From positions 32,001-96,000 of the IMG/VR virus record IMGVR_UViG_3300032753_001573: 64,000 nucleotides of DNA; one strand, given 5' to 3'. Positions 9,079-20,041 of this stretch are shown piece after piece. A program made the translations under genes and the position numbers. The number at the start of each line of letters is the position of its first letter. The stretch's first letter is position 1. This DNA is from a virus. The notes under the pieces were generated by a model, which saw nothing but the letters and a program-made list of their open reading frames with translations, searched no databases and was not told where the DNA came from.

Positions 9079-9672
9079 TCAATCTACGTCTATGTAACCC
9101 ATATTATGTAAGATAACACAGGATTCTTCCCAGCTGGCCTCAGACATCTCCCACTTGATGATGGTACGAGTCTCACCTTTGGGCATGTTATTGAACCCCT
9201 TATGTATGATATCACTGCGGAACAAGCAAGGCATACCAGTGCTGGTGAGCATGGCTTCGGTATGGATCGGCTCTAGATCCTCGACGTTTTCTACTAGATA
9301 GCTGTCCTTGTAGAGATCATTCTTGAATCTAACTTCTGTCTTGCAAGTATACCAGGTGCTAGGACTGTGTGCTTCGCAGTTGAGGATGGGCCAGTTGATG
9401 CTGGCTGCTCCACCGCTACCAGGTGTACCTTGTATATGCGGGGGAAATTCTCTGGCAAGGCGGTTGGTATTGAGGACAAAGAAGTGTTCACGCAATGACG
9501 GTATCTGCTTGCGCAGTTCTACGGCAAAATCATAATGCGATACTTGGCATCTATAGTTAAGACCAAACTTGTAGGTATCGTCTCTGCGTCTTGCTTCTTT
9601 TTGTATATCATCCCACTGCTGGAAGCTTAGCAACGGCTTCTTAAAGTTTATGATGTATTTGTTTTCGAACAT
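9079..9672 (-). CDS. 2OG-Fe(II) oxygenase-like protein with atypical HxQ motif
   Basis: PPHIQG...INWPI...LFRSDIIHKG.N...R. Confidence 0.55.
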   Translation of the reverse strand: MFENKYIINFKKPLLSFQQWDDIQKEARRRDDTYKFGLNYRCQVSHYDFAVELRKQIPSLREHFFVLNTNRLAREFPPHIQGTPGSGGAASINWPILNCEAHSPSTWYTCKTEVRFKNDLYKDSYLVENVEDLEPIHTEAMLTSTGMPCLFRSDIIHKGFNNMPKGETRTIIKWEMSEASWEESCVILHNMGYIDVD

Positions 9673-9727
9673 TGCGATAGAACTTTCTGCTATGAATGTT
9701 ATATGATAACGGTTCGTCCAAAAACTA

Positions 9728-10450
9728 TCAATAAAGATGTTCTATGGGCGCTTGGCTATCTATGCTTATGATGAGATGATTTCGTGGAGTGCTGCCACCG
9801 TTTATCGCATAGTGTTTGACACCCGGATTTACAAACCACACTGACCCATCGGCGGGAATGTGATGCTTGACTTCATTACCATCCTTGTCCCAGCCACCGT
9901 TGAAGCATTCTTCGTTGGTATCAAAGGCGATATGAAGCCTAACTCCGTAAAGAGTGTCATAATCGATGTGTGGTTTGACTTCCGAATGAGGAGCAAGGTT
10001 AGCAAATCTAGCACGATGAGATCCAGGAAATGCTGCTAAAACCTCTCTTAGATATGGCGGAACATCTTGTTTAACTTTGCGAAACCAACGTTCGTCTGCT
10101 TCCGTTTTGCCTTTGGCTATCCTGTTGTCCCAGGCACTGCCCGATTTTTCAGTTCTTTTATCTAGGCTGAACGAGTTGTCGTACTCTGTTAGACTTAGCT
10201 GTTGATAACTGGTATGTTCCCAGTCGAGCTCGCAAACATGATTGATACCAGCAAGCTCCTCATCCTTGAAGAACATTGCAGGCAACTTGGTATGAGCTTC
10301 GCACATATCGGCATAATCGGAACCTAATCCGTCCCAGACTTTCCCTCTTTCAAACTGTGATAATTCTTCTCTAAGTCTATCGATGTTAAATCTGATATTA
10401 AGTGGAGCAATGACGGGTAACTCGTATCGTCTTTTCCATGTTGTAGACAT
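9728..10450 (-). CDS. aspartyl/asparaginyl beta-hydroxylase-family oxygenase
   Basis: PHIDYD...RLHI...HIPADG.VWFVN...HYAIN...RNHLI; SD ggagg. Confidence 0.8.
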   Translation of the reverse strand: MSTTWKRRYELPVIAPLNIRFNIDRLREELSQFERGKVWDGLGSDYADMCEAHTKLPAMFFKDEELAGINHVCELDWEHTSYQQLSLTEYDNSFSLDKRTEKSGSAWDNRIAKGKTEADERWFRKVKQDVPPYLREVLAAFPGSHRARFANLAPHSEVKPHIDYDTLYGVRLHIAFDTNEECFNGGWDKDGNEVKHHIPADGSVWFVNPGVKHYAINGGSTPRNHLIISIDSQAPIEHLY

Positions 10451-10543
10451 TTTAACCTCCAGTAAACTTCTTGTACACTATTTAAAGATCTGCTCCATAG
10501 ATGAGGTTTCAAATAAGATTTTTCCATAAGCTCAAATATGATA

Positions 10544-11293
10544 TTACTTGCTTAATATTCTAATAAAAAAATAAGAAATGTCAAATTGCCACCAGCGATC
10601 TCCACCAAAATTTGGACTTAGAGGTTTGTGATGGTGATTGTCGTGCCATCCTTCTCCCCACACCAAATATGCTAATGGTGCATTATTGCGGGCATCATAC
10701 TCGTGGCCATTGTCATTATTGCCATACATATGTGCAAATGTAACTATACTAGATCCTGCATTCCATAAAACGGCAGCCGGTACTAACCATGCATATATAA
10801 CTGCCATTGGATCTATCATATATAGAATTGCAGCATATACAAAGTTAATTAAGAAATAGTATTTATGCTGCCATTTCATAAATGGATCTCGTAGAAGATC
10901 TCCAACGTAACGTATGTTAACTTTTGAAAACATACTCAAATAGTGGGCATAAAACCAACCCTTATGCTTAGGACTATGTGGGTCTCTATCAGAATCTACG
11001 TATCTGTGATGTTCTCGATGAATAGCAACCCAAGGTATAGCTGCTCCCGTTAATCCTATGGTAGCACAAAGCGTACCTATGTATCTAAACCATTTTGGTG
11101 CTGGCCATGAATCATGACTAAGAAGTTTATGATATGTCATAGTCATTCCAATACATCCATTTAGGAAATATACAAATAATACTATGCACCATTGCCACCA
11201 ATGACCTACAACTATCAATACTAACACGCTGATATGTGCAATGATTTGTAGTGCTAATAGCAACCATTTGTCTGGTATATACTTAGAAAACAT
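10544..11293 (-). CDS. membrane fatty acid desaturase (delta-9/OLE1/DesC-like)
   Basis: Three His boxes HKLLSH, HREHH...DPHSP and GEGWHDNHH; hydrophobic helices. Confidence 0.92.
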   Translation of the reverse strand: MFSKYIPDKWLLLALQIIAHISVLVLIVVGHWWQWCIVLFVYFLNGCIGMTMTYHKLLSHDSWPAPKWFRYIGTLCATIGLTGAAIPWVAIHREHHRYVDSDRDPHSPKHKGWFYAHYLSMFSKVNIRYVGDLLRDPFMKWQHKYYFLINFVYAAILYMIDPMAVIYAWLVPAAVLWNAGSSIVTFAHMYGNNDNGHEYDARNNAPLAYLVWGEGWHDNHHHKPLSPNFGGDRWWQFDISYFFIRILSK

Positions 11294-11372
11294 AATCTTA
11301 TCCTCGATATTAAATTATACAAAATGTTTTATCCAGATTCAACCTACCTAAGGTTTTAAAATTACCGGTTGT

Positions 11373-11380
11373 CATAAATA
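11373..11380 (+). promoter_or_regulatory. late promoter (CATAAATA)
   Basis: ATAAATA core upstream of the SD aggag and the tail tube ATG. Confidence 0.6.
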
Positions 11381-11409
11381 TATTTGCACGTACAAAAGGA
11401 GATTTTACC

Positions 11410-12090
11410 ATGGCAACAAATTTACCAACCAATGGTTCAAGCAGCGCTGGTACACTAAGTAAATTTGGTGTTCCAATAACGTCTGGCGCTTCTCAAGGTT
11501 CTGGCATATTGATGCCAAAGTTGAAGTATCGTTATGCTGTTTACCTACAGAATTTTGGAGATGGGCAGGGTGTTACGCAACAGAACATAACACAACAGGT
11601 TGTGAGCTGCGGACGTCCTCAAGTCCAGTATAACAGGACTGAACTACACAGCTATAATAACGTGATGTTTATCCCACAGAAACCAGTATGGCAGACGCTT
11701 GAATTGGTTGTGCGCGATGATATTACTAGCGTTTCAACTCAGTCAGTTGGTGAGCAACTACAGAAGCAGATGAATTATTTCAATATGACTACTGGTATGG
11801 CTGGTATCAATTACAAGTTTACCATGCAGATACTCATGCTAGATGGTAATTATGGTGCAACTGATTCAACTAATGCAGCATTAGAAACATGGCATATAGA
11901 GGGTTGCTATCTAGAAACTGTAGCTTATGATAATAATGATTATAGTTCAAGCGACCCTGTACAGATAACACTAACTATAAGCTTTGATAACGCTACACAG
12001 GTTATTAATCCACCTTCTCAGAGCAGTACTGGTACTGACGATCCAGGTAATCTTGCTGGTGTGCTTGCTGGTGGTGATGGTTCTTATTAA
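11410..12090 (+). CDS. tail tube protein (T4 gp19-like)
   Basis: MPKLKYRY...RP...W..L.L.VRDD...W.IEGCY....Y...DY.SSDPVQITLTI.FDNA; late promoter, strong SD and terminator. Confidence 0.8.
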   Translation: MATNLPTNGSSSAGTLSKFGVPITSGASQGSGILMPKLKYRYAVYLQNFGDGQGVTQQNITQQVVSCGRPQVQYNRTELHSYNNVMFIPQKPVWQTLELVVRDDITSVSTQSVGEQLQKQMNYFNMTTGMAGINYKFTMQILMLDGNYGATDSTNAALETWHIEGCYLETVAYDNNDYSSSDPVQITLTISFDNATQVINPPSQSSTGTDDPGNLAGVLAGGDGSY

Positions 12091-12138
12091 AATACCCAAG
12101 TTGGTAAGGCTCAATAATTTAATACCTAATGCATTGAC

Positions 12139-12170
12139 AAAAAGGCTGTTGGAAACAACAGCCTTTTTTT
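12139..12170 (+). terminator. rho-independent terminator
   Basis: aaaaaggctgttg-gaaa-caacagcc followed by a T7 run. Confidence 0.9.
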
Positions 12171-12186
12171 ATGGATAAATATTATC

Positions 12187-13197
12187 ATGGCAACTACTAT
12201 TTTACGTAATGATCAATTAGCTAGTATATTCTACGGAGCCAATAATCCCGGCCAGCCAATGACTATGGTACCTAAGATTAGGTACATGTTCTATGTCAAC
12301 TTTGTATTAAATTCTGCAGCACCTAGCATGGATAGTGGTTTTCTTAGTAAATTGGGCAAAGCAGGTACAGTTGGTAACATAAGCTTTAAAGTTAAGACCA
12401 TAGATAAACCAAAAGTTGATCCTACTGTTGTTGAACTAAATCAGTATAATCGTAAACGTTTAGTATATTCAAAGGTTGAATATATGCCATTTACTGTCAA
12501 ATTGCATGAAACTGTTGATAGTGCTGTAGTTAAGCTTTGGAAAGATTACTTTACATATTATTTTGGAGATTCTAGACCTAAAACAGCAAATGACCTTAGT
12601 TCTATTGGATCTAGTCCAGCTGGATCATCTTTTAATGACTCGTCGGGGTGGGGACTTAGACCAATAGCAGAAGATACAAATTTCTTTACTAGGATAGAAT
12701 TGTATTCGCTGTTTGGTACTCAATATCAGAAAACTGCATATTTAAATCCTCGTATTACTAATATTGATTTTGAACAATATGATTCAAGTTCATCTGATCC
12801 AGAAGAAGTAAGCATTACATTTAAATACGAGGCTATAGAATATAATGCTGTAGCTCAAGTATCTAATTCGTCAGCAGATGGAGTAGACTTTGGATTTGAC
12901 CAAGACGGTAACACATTAAATGTTCCTGCTACTCTTGCAGGTGCACAAACCGCACAGAGTCCAGGCGATCCTCCTGCTTTATATCCTTCTCCATTAGTTG
13001 GATTAAGTACAGGTTCAACTAGCCAATCTGCAGTTATAGCTCCTAGTACTAAATCATTAGTTGTGAATGCACCGCCCGGTTATGCATTGGGATTTACAAG
13101 TTCAGGTGTAGTCAACAGTACTATGTCTAATCCTACAAACAATAATTCAACTTCAGTAACGACTGCCGCAGGACTTTTAAATTTTGGAACTCAATGA
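12187..13197 (+). CDS. tail tube-like / baseplate tube initiator (gp54/gp48-like)
   Basis: KP...LNQYNRKR...Y.P...H...W..YF.YYF...I.F.YE, a paralog of the tube fold; GATAAATA at 12174. Confidence 0.65.
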   Translation: MATTILRNDQLASIFYGANNPGQPMTMVPKIRYMFYVNFVLNSAAPSMDSGFLSKLGKAGTVGNISFKVKTIDKPKVDPTVVELNQYNRKRLVYSKVEYMPFTVKLHETVDSAVVKLWKDYFTYYFGDSRPKTANDLSSIGSSPAGSSFNDSSGWGLRPIAEDTNFFTRIELYSLFGTQYQKTAYLNPRITNIDFEQYDSSSSDPEEVSITFKYEAIEYNAVAQVSNSSADGVDFGFDQDGNTLNVPATLAGAQTAQSPGDPPALYPSPLVGLSTGSTSQSAVIAPSTKSLVVNAPPGYALGFTSSGVVNSTMSNPTNNNSTSVTTAAGLLNFGTQ

Positions 13198-13206
13198 GAT
13201 ATAGCA

Positions 13207-13833
13207 ATGGCAACTGATTTAACATTACTAAACATTCAACAACAGATTGCATTAAACAACGGCTCTATTAGCATTGTGAATTCTGGTGGCAGTTATCAGT
13301 TTGTTGACACTGCTACTGGCAAATCCTTAACAAACGCACCTTCAGTAGGTAATTACCTTTTAAGTAATCCAACTGCGGTTTATCAAACCGGATTGCGTGC
13401 AGACGTTTATAATTATGCGTTGGGTGTGTTTGGTGGTAAAACTGTACCAAATGAAGTTGTTGATACTCTTGCAGCTATGGCATCTTATTATAATGCACAG
13501 ACAGGTCAGTCAGTTACATCTTTGTTTAATAATGGTATATTGCTTGACCAGTTTCTTGCTACGATAAACAACATAAGAGGTAATACTAGCCAAATTGGAT
13601 ATGCAGGATTAAATCTATCGCCAAAATGGACAAATAATCCGGTTCTTAGGGCTAGTATAGCTAAAGCTATAGAACCCTGGGATGCAACAGGAACTTATGC
13701 TCAGCGCAGTCAATACAATACAGAATCTTCTGGATTTACCTACTATGCTAGCGACACTGATGTTGTGTATGTGATGACAGAAACTGGTACGTGGGAAGTT
13801 TATCCAATAACAGAACCTATATGGCCTGCATAA
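13207..13833 (+). CDS. hypothetical virion protein
   Basis: 208-aa ORF in the tail operon with SD gag. Confidence 0.5.
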   Translation: MATDLTLLNIQQQIALNNGSISIVNSGGSYQFVDTATGKSLTNAPSVGNYLLSNPTAVYQTGLRADVYNYALGVFGGKTVPNEVVDTLAAMASYYNAQTGQSVTSLFNNGILLDQFLATINNIRGNTSQIGYAGLNLSPKWTNNPVLRASIAKAIEPWDATGTYAQRSQYNTESSGFTYYASDTDVVYVMTETGTWEVYPITEPIWPA

Positions 13834-13889
13834 GGCGATCGATATGACTGGACCATTTCCGCCACCTGTTTAAAATATGAGATTGATAT

Positions 13890-14330
13890 ATGCCAAAATA
13901 TAGTCAGGAATACTTTGTACCAAAGAATCCGCATAAGCTGATAGGTAATGCTAAACCTTTTTATCGCAGTGGGTGGGAACTTGCATTTATGACATTCTTA
14001 GACAATCATCCCAGCGTAATACAATGGGCCAGTGAAAGTATCAAGATACCTTATACAAATCCTCTCACAGGCAAGCGTAGTCAATATGTGCCAGACTTCC
14101 TTGTGTTATATCAAGACAAGAACGGCAGACAGAAAGCAGAATTAGTTGAAGTTAAACCAAAAAAAGAAGCTATGATTGAGAATGCTAAGAGCAAGCGAGA
14201 CAAAGCTGCCTTGATACTCAACACGGCTAAATGGGCGGCTGCAATGGAATTTTGCAAGAAGAACGGATTAGAGTTTAGAATTATCAATGAGGATCATTTG
14301 TTTCAACAATCAGGTAAGAAGAAAAGATGA
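13890..14330 (+). CDS. head completion nuclease (T4 gp4-like, TnsA-type PD-(D/E)XK)
   Basis: PKNPHK, YRSGWE..FM..LD, WASE.I.IPY, YVPDF, EVKP, KWAAA. Confidence 0.85.
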   Translation: MPKYSQEYFVPKNPHKLIGNAKPFYRSGWELAFMTFLDNHPSVIQWASESIKIPYTNPLTGKRSQYVPDFLVLYQDKNGRQKAELVEVKPKKEAMIENAKSKRDKAALILNTAKWAAAMEFCKKNGLEFRIINEDHLFQQSGKKKR

Positions 14331-14818
14331 GTAATAGCAAAAGATTTAAGAACCTAGAAGAAACCTTTGACTTACCTAGCATAGACGAAGACGATGACGA
14401 TTCTATGTCAGAAGAAGTACCTAGCATAGAAGACGTTGGTACAGCTCTAGAGCAAGCTAAGAATCTAGAAAAACAATTCCGCAAGATGGATCACTATGAT
14501 ACTCATGATAAGGAAATGGATGAGTTAGCTACGCTTGCCATACAGGCACATAAAGATCTGCAGGATCTTGGTATGAATGTTGAAATAAGGCATGCCGGTG
14601 AAATTTTTAGTAGCAGTAGCCAAATGTTGAAGATAGCTGTAGATGCAAAGAACAACAAAGTAGAAAAGAAATTAAAACTTCTCAAGTTGCAGCTAGATAA
14701 GATGAAAATAGATCTAGCACACAAGAAGGAAGATGACAGCGTAGATGGTACTGCTGTTAAATTAGACCGCAATGAATTGTTAAAACAGCTGAAACAAATC
14801 AATGAAGATGATAAATAA
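14327..14818 (+). CDS. putative terminase small subunit
   Basis: Helical/coiled protein ending DRNELLKQL, upstream of TerL; assignment is by context. Confidence 0.45.
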   Translation: MSNSKRFKNLEETFDLPSIDEDDDDSMSEEVPSIEDVGTALEQAKNLEKQFRKMDHYDTHDKEMDELATLAIQAHKDLQDLGMNVEIRHAGEIFSSSSQMLKIAVDAKNNKVEKKLKLLKLQLDKMKIDLAHKKEDDSVDGTAVKLDRNELLKQLKQINEDDK

Positions 14819-14844
14819 CTCTGCATTGGAGTTGAAATCATACC

Positions 14845-15642
14845 ATGAAATCACTTAAAAACTACATAGCTGAATCAACCAAGGTACATGTCTATCACAT
14901 CAAGTTAGCCATAGAACCAAGTAGTGCGCAGGTCAATGCGGTAGAGTCGTTGCTGCGTGCATACCAACTGGTTGATTTTGGCAAATCAACACGCATACAA
15001 GATGACAAATTTGACTTCTTTGATATAACCAGCAAAGACGTTCATTGCATTAGAATAGTAACTGGTACTCCTCTTAGTAGCTATATGATACAGCAACAGT
15101 TGAGAGATGTTCTCAATATACCTGAGAAGTATATCGTTGTTCGTGCGGTAAACGAGCCAATCGAGTTGGAAGCAGAGGAACAGCGGTTCAAACAGCTAGC
15201 AGCAGATGAAGCTAAGGAAAAAGGCTTCACATTTGCTAGTATGTTGGATACTGATAGAATACATCAGCCAGATGAGAATCCAACACTTACTAATGTATTT
15301 GGCAACGAGTATAACAAGAATCTATTAGCAAACTTAGCCAATATAAAGGCTGATCGCAAGAGCATGGAAGTTGAACCTCACATGTCGCTATTCAGTTGGA
15401 TAGACATGAAGAAAGTTAAGCCTCATGAGCCTATACAGGATGCGTCAGATTTTAACGCACATATAGATACACCTAAGCCAACTTCCGGCAAGAATAATAC
15501 CGCTGCTGCTATAGATAATCAGTTCCTTGGAACAGAAGGAAACTTTGATGATGGTGCAGCAAAGAATATTGTAAGATACAATGACAAAGGCACAAGAAGG
15601 ACAACAATAGCTCCGCGTGCAAACAAAAAATTAAAGGGGTAA
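14845..15642 (+). CDS. putative head/internal protein
   Basis: Starts MKSLKNYIAES (capsid-targeting-like); GATAAATA at 14810. Confidence 0.5.
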   Translation: MKSLKNYIAESTKVHVYHIKLAIEPSSAQVNAVESLLRAYQLVDFGKSTRIQDDKFDFFDITSKDVHCIRIVTGTPLSSYMIQQQLRDVLNIPEKYIVVRAVNEPIELEAEEQRFKQLAADEAKEKGFTFASMLDTDRIHQPDENPTLTNVFGNEYNKNLLANLANIKADRKSMEVEPHMSLFSWIDMKKVKPHEPIQDASDFNAHIDTPKPTSGKNNTAAAIDNQFLGTEGNFDDGAAKNIVRYNDKGTRRTTIAPRANKKLKG

Positions 15643-15646
15643 GATT

Positions 15647-16675
15647 ATGGACATCGAAGAAATCCTAAAGAAGTTTCGCGCGCTAGCTGAATCAGAAGAT
15701 GAGTGCAATATGACAGCTGAAGGCACATATTGCCCTGTTCATGGTATGGAAGAGTGCTCTATGATGCGCGAAGCTGATGGTGATGAAGGCGACACTGATG
15801 CGGTAGATGCAACATCGACTGCTGATGATGATAGCGAAACGCCTGCTTCCGAACCATTTGATAGCGGCGACGACGCAAGATTTGATAAGACTGATCAGGC
15901 TGAAAATGAAGACGAAGCCGACATTAAAGCTAAGGATGATGAATATTACGATGCTATCAAAGCTGGTAATGTTCCTGAGGACGTAGTAGAACCAGATCGT
16001 TTTATGCGTTATTATGAGAAGAAGTATGGCGTTAGAGAAACCGTAGAAGTAAGTGAAGATGTACACATTACATTAAATGGTCCAGAAGCAGACGCATTTA
16101 TTCATAGATTGAGTGTTCTAGCTGGACAAGCTGAAGATAACGGCCAATGGTCTCAGGCTACAGAAGTATGCCCAGACTGCGGAATGCCAGAAGACCAGTG
16201 TGCATGTGATCACGACGATCACGGCGAATCCTGCCCACATTGCGGAACTCCAATGGATCAGTGCAATTGTGACGGTTCACACGAGGCAACTTTTGGACCA
16301 GATGGCGTTACTATGGAAAATGCCGATCATGATTTTGGAAGTCAAGAACACTCTGACAGTGGAGAGCCAGTTGATCTCGACACTTACATGTATAAGGCAC
16401 CTGATGGTCCGCAGCGTTTAGTCAAGAGTGTTATGGGCGATAATCCGCTAATCAAAGAAGATTCAGAAAAACTCTTTGCCAAGTTAAAGGGCGATTATAG
16501 GACTTATGTAGCAGAAGCTGAGTTAGCTGCTAGCAATGCTCCTGGTGCCAATAGTCCTTTGACTGCTACAGACAGGGACGACTTTGAGAAAGACCCATTT
16601 GCAGACGAAGAGCCAGTTACGGACGGAAGCCGTAGTCCGCTCAGCATTATAAAGAGGCAGAGCGTAGCAAAATAA
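15647..16675 (+). CDS. very acidic head-associated protein with Cys-rich motifs
   Basis: D/E-rich; CNMT..G..CPVHGMEEC plus two CPxCGxPxDQCxCD repeats. Confidence 0.5.
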   Translation: MDIEEILKKFRALAESEDECNMTAEGTYCPVHGMEECSMMREADGDEGDTDAVDATSTADDDSETPASEPFDSGDDARFDKTDQAENEDEADIKAKDDEYYDAIKAGNVPEDVVEPDRFMRYYEKKYGVRETVEVSEDVHITLNGPEADAFIHRLSVLAGQAEDNGQWSQATEVCPDCGMPEDQCACDHDDHGESCPHCGTPMDQCNCDGSHEATFGPDGVTMENADHDFGSQEHSDSGEPVDLDTYMYKAPDGPQRLVKSVMGDNPLIKEDSEKLFAKLKGDYRTYVAEAELAASNAPGANSPLTATDRDDFEKDPFADEEPVTDGSRSPLSIIKRQSVAK

Positions 16676-16683
16676 ACGATGGA

Positions 16684-16938
16684 GTGAAAACTTTGTTGCT
16701 GAACAAATTGCAGTTAGTTACGATTGATATATTTTATTATCGACCCGATTACACAAACATTGTTCAAGAATTTCTCTGGCAAGTAGAAGACACAATACCA
16801 GAGTTTAGACGCACTCATAAATTTCTGAATCACTGGCATAAGAATATTGATGCAGTGATTCAGGAAGTGCAGATATGTGTAAATGAACGCAAATACGGCA
16901 CATATCGATCAGTTGATCAGTTTTTGCAGATAAATTAA
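16684..16938 (+). CDS. Usg-like protein
   Basis: T.DIFYYRPD...VQEFLWQ..D..PEF....KFL.HW...I pattern of the Usg family; GTG start with SD ggag. Confidence 0.65.
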   Translation: MKTLLLNKLQLVTIDIFYYRPDYTNIVQEFLWQVEDTIPEFRRTHKFLNHWHKNIDAVIQEVQICVNERKYGTYRSVDQFLQIN

Positions 16939-17856
<918 letters not shown>

Positions 17857-17906
17857 ATATATTCAAAATAAATAGGTATTGATAAATTTAATAGAGAGTA
17901 TGTTGT

Positions 17907-18920
17907 ATGCGCGCAGTTCGATATATCACATCAAAAATTGATAATATCAATTATTGTTTAACAAATGGACAATTTGCACGGCATTTGCGCGCATACAACT
18001 ACACATATCAGCAATATTATGAACAATATATCACCGGTATTGTTGAAACCTGTAAGTATTGTGGTAACTCAAAAAAGTTTTATCAAACATCTCATACTTA
18101 CGCTGCTACTTGCGGAAAACCTGAATGTCGAGGGTATGTGATAAAGGACACAAAAAATAGCTGGACAGATGAGCAGCGAGCAGCTGATTCTGCTAGCAAG
18201 AATCGTGTTAATGCTCTTCGCACAGCAGAACAAAAACAAAAGATCTTAGAAAAAGTTAAAGCAACCAATCTAGAAAAATTTGGTACTGAGTTTTCTTTTC
18301 AATCTGATGAAATAAAGGCTAAAGCCGTTCAAACTAAATTGCAACGTTACGGAAATGAAAATTACAACAACAGTAGGAAAGCTAGTGAAAGTAGAATTAA
18401 CCGATCAAGCGACGACAAACGTGAATCGGCATCAAAACGCCGATTAACAAATTTAACACGGTATGGTGTAGAAAATTCTCTATTACTTAACAACGGTGCA
18501 TCTAAATCAAATAAAAGTAACTCATTAGTAAAAACTTATACATTGCCATCGGGAAAACAGATAGGTATACGAGGGTATGAACCGTTTGTTTTGGATAAAT
18601 TATTAAAAATTTATAATGAAGATGATATAATAGTTCATGATAATTTTTCCAAAACAGTTGTTGAAACAATAGATTATATTGCTGTTAATAGACATCATCT
18701 AAAATATTATCCTGATATCTATATTAAACCAATAAACACAATTATTGAGGTAAAAAGTGAATGGTGGTGGAATGGCAACGGTGATAGCAAATATAACTCA
18801 CGTTTTGAGAACAACTTAAGAAAACGATCAGCAGCATTAGCTAAAGGCTACATATATGAAGTATGGCTATTTAAAAATAAATATGATTATAGGATAATTC
18901 GTAATGACTCGGATATTTAA
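17907..18920 (+). mobile_element. free-standing putative homing endonuclease (PD-(D/E)XK, with YGxxN repeats) between the intein halves
   Basis: CxxC...C...C Zn site, KFGTEF/RYGNEN/RYGVEN repeats, YYPDIYI...IIEVKS; TATAAATA at 17852. Confidence 0.8.
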
Positions 18921-20010
18921 ACCAAATACCATAGGGTTAAAAGTACAAACTCCGTTGGGATTTAAATCGTTTGCCGGCGTTGCGTACATGGGTGACAAAG
19001 AAACTATATTAATAACATTGAGCAATGGTATGTCAGTTAGTTGCTCACCCATGCATAAAATCTTTGTTTCAGATAATGATTATGTACTTGCTAATAATCT
19101 TTCAATTGGTCAATATATAATGACCATTAACGGGTTATGTGATATTAGCTCGATAGCACCTACTGGTAAAACCGAACCAGTGTATGATTTAATAGATGTT
19201 GGTGGTGGTCATAGATATTATACAGATGGTATACTATCATCAAATTGTCAGTTTTTAACCGCAGATGAGACTTTGATAAATGCTGTTACTTTGTTAAAGT
19301 TGCAGGGAATTGATCCAATGTATAAAACTAATGAAATACGTTGGTATGATAAAATACAACCCAACAAGACTTACCTAGTTGCATTAGATCCCAGCGCAGG
19401 AGTAGGTAAAGATGCCGCTGCTATCGAAGTGTTCAGCTTACCAGATATGAAGCAGGTAGCAGAGTGGACATATAACAGGACCAGCATACCCAATCAAGTT
19501 AGAATCATGCAGAATATTGTTAATTTTATACACAGTGAGATGCGTAAGTTTCCTGATCAAAGAGGCGAACCAGATATCTATTTTACTCTAGAAAACAATA
19601 GCTGGGGAGAAGCAGCGCTGCTGACAATAGATGAAATTGGAGAAGATCGGTTCAACGGTATTATGATGCATGAGCCTAAAGCACGCGGTGTTGCTAGATA
19701 TCGTAAAGGTCTCAATACCAATGGTAGATCCAAAGCATTAGCCTGCACTAAATTTAAGAGTCTATTAGAAGCAGACAAGCTCAAAATATTCAGCAAATCT
19801 CTAGTGAGACAGATAAAATTCTTTGTCAGCAAAGGTGATAGTTTTGCAGGCAAATCTGGTGAGAATGACGATTGTGTTATGGCAACATTGCTGTGCGTGC
19901 GAATGATGCAGATGGTTACTAGGTGGGATGAGAGCGTTGGTAATCTCATGCGTGAAGATTTTATAGATGAAACCCACGAAGATCCAATGCCAATCTCTAT
20001 AGGCTTCTGA
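18904..20010 (+). CDS. terL: 114-aa C-intein (18904-19245) fused to terminase large subunit C-terminal nuclease part
   Basis: V.TP.GFK.F.G, CSPMH (block B), VYDL...YY.DGILSSN|CQFL; then VALDPSAGVGKD and NDDCVMA RNase H-like motifs. Confidence 0.93.
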   Translation: MTRIFKPNTIGLKVQTPLGFKSFAGVAYMGDKETILITLSNGMSVSCSPMHKIFVSDNDYVLANNLSIGQYIMTINGLCDISSIAPTGKTEPVYDLIDVGGGHRYYTDGILSSNCQFLTADETLINAVTLLKLQGIDPMYKTNEIRWYDKIQPNKTYLVALDPSAGVGKDAAAIEVFSLPDMKQVAEWTYNRTSIPNQVRIMQNIVNFIHSEMRKFPDQRGEPDIYFTLENNSWGEAALLTIDEIGEDRFNGIMMHEPKARGVARYRKGLNTNGRSKALACTKFKSLLEADKLKIFSKSLVRQIKFFVSKGDSFAGKSGENDDCVMATLLCVRMMQMVTRWDESVGNLMREDFIDETHEDPMPISIGF

Positions 20011-20041
20011 TAAATATATCAACATATAGTAGGATCTTATT

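Noticed and set aside
13844-13873. Micro-ORF MTGPFPPPV
   Set aside because: Nine codons with a weak SD; cannot be distinguished from chance.
17857-18903. Frameshift or assembly error breaking one contiguous TerL intein
   Set aside because: The middle ORF is a complete, separately initiated nuclease with its own promoter, and both intein halves have clean ends. The same holds for nrdA.
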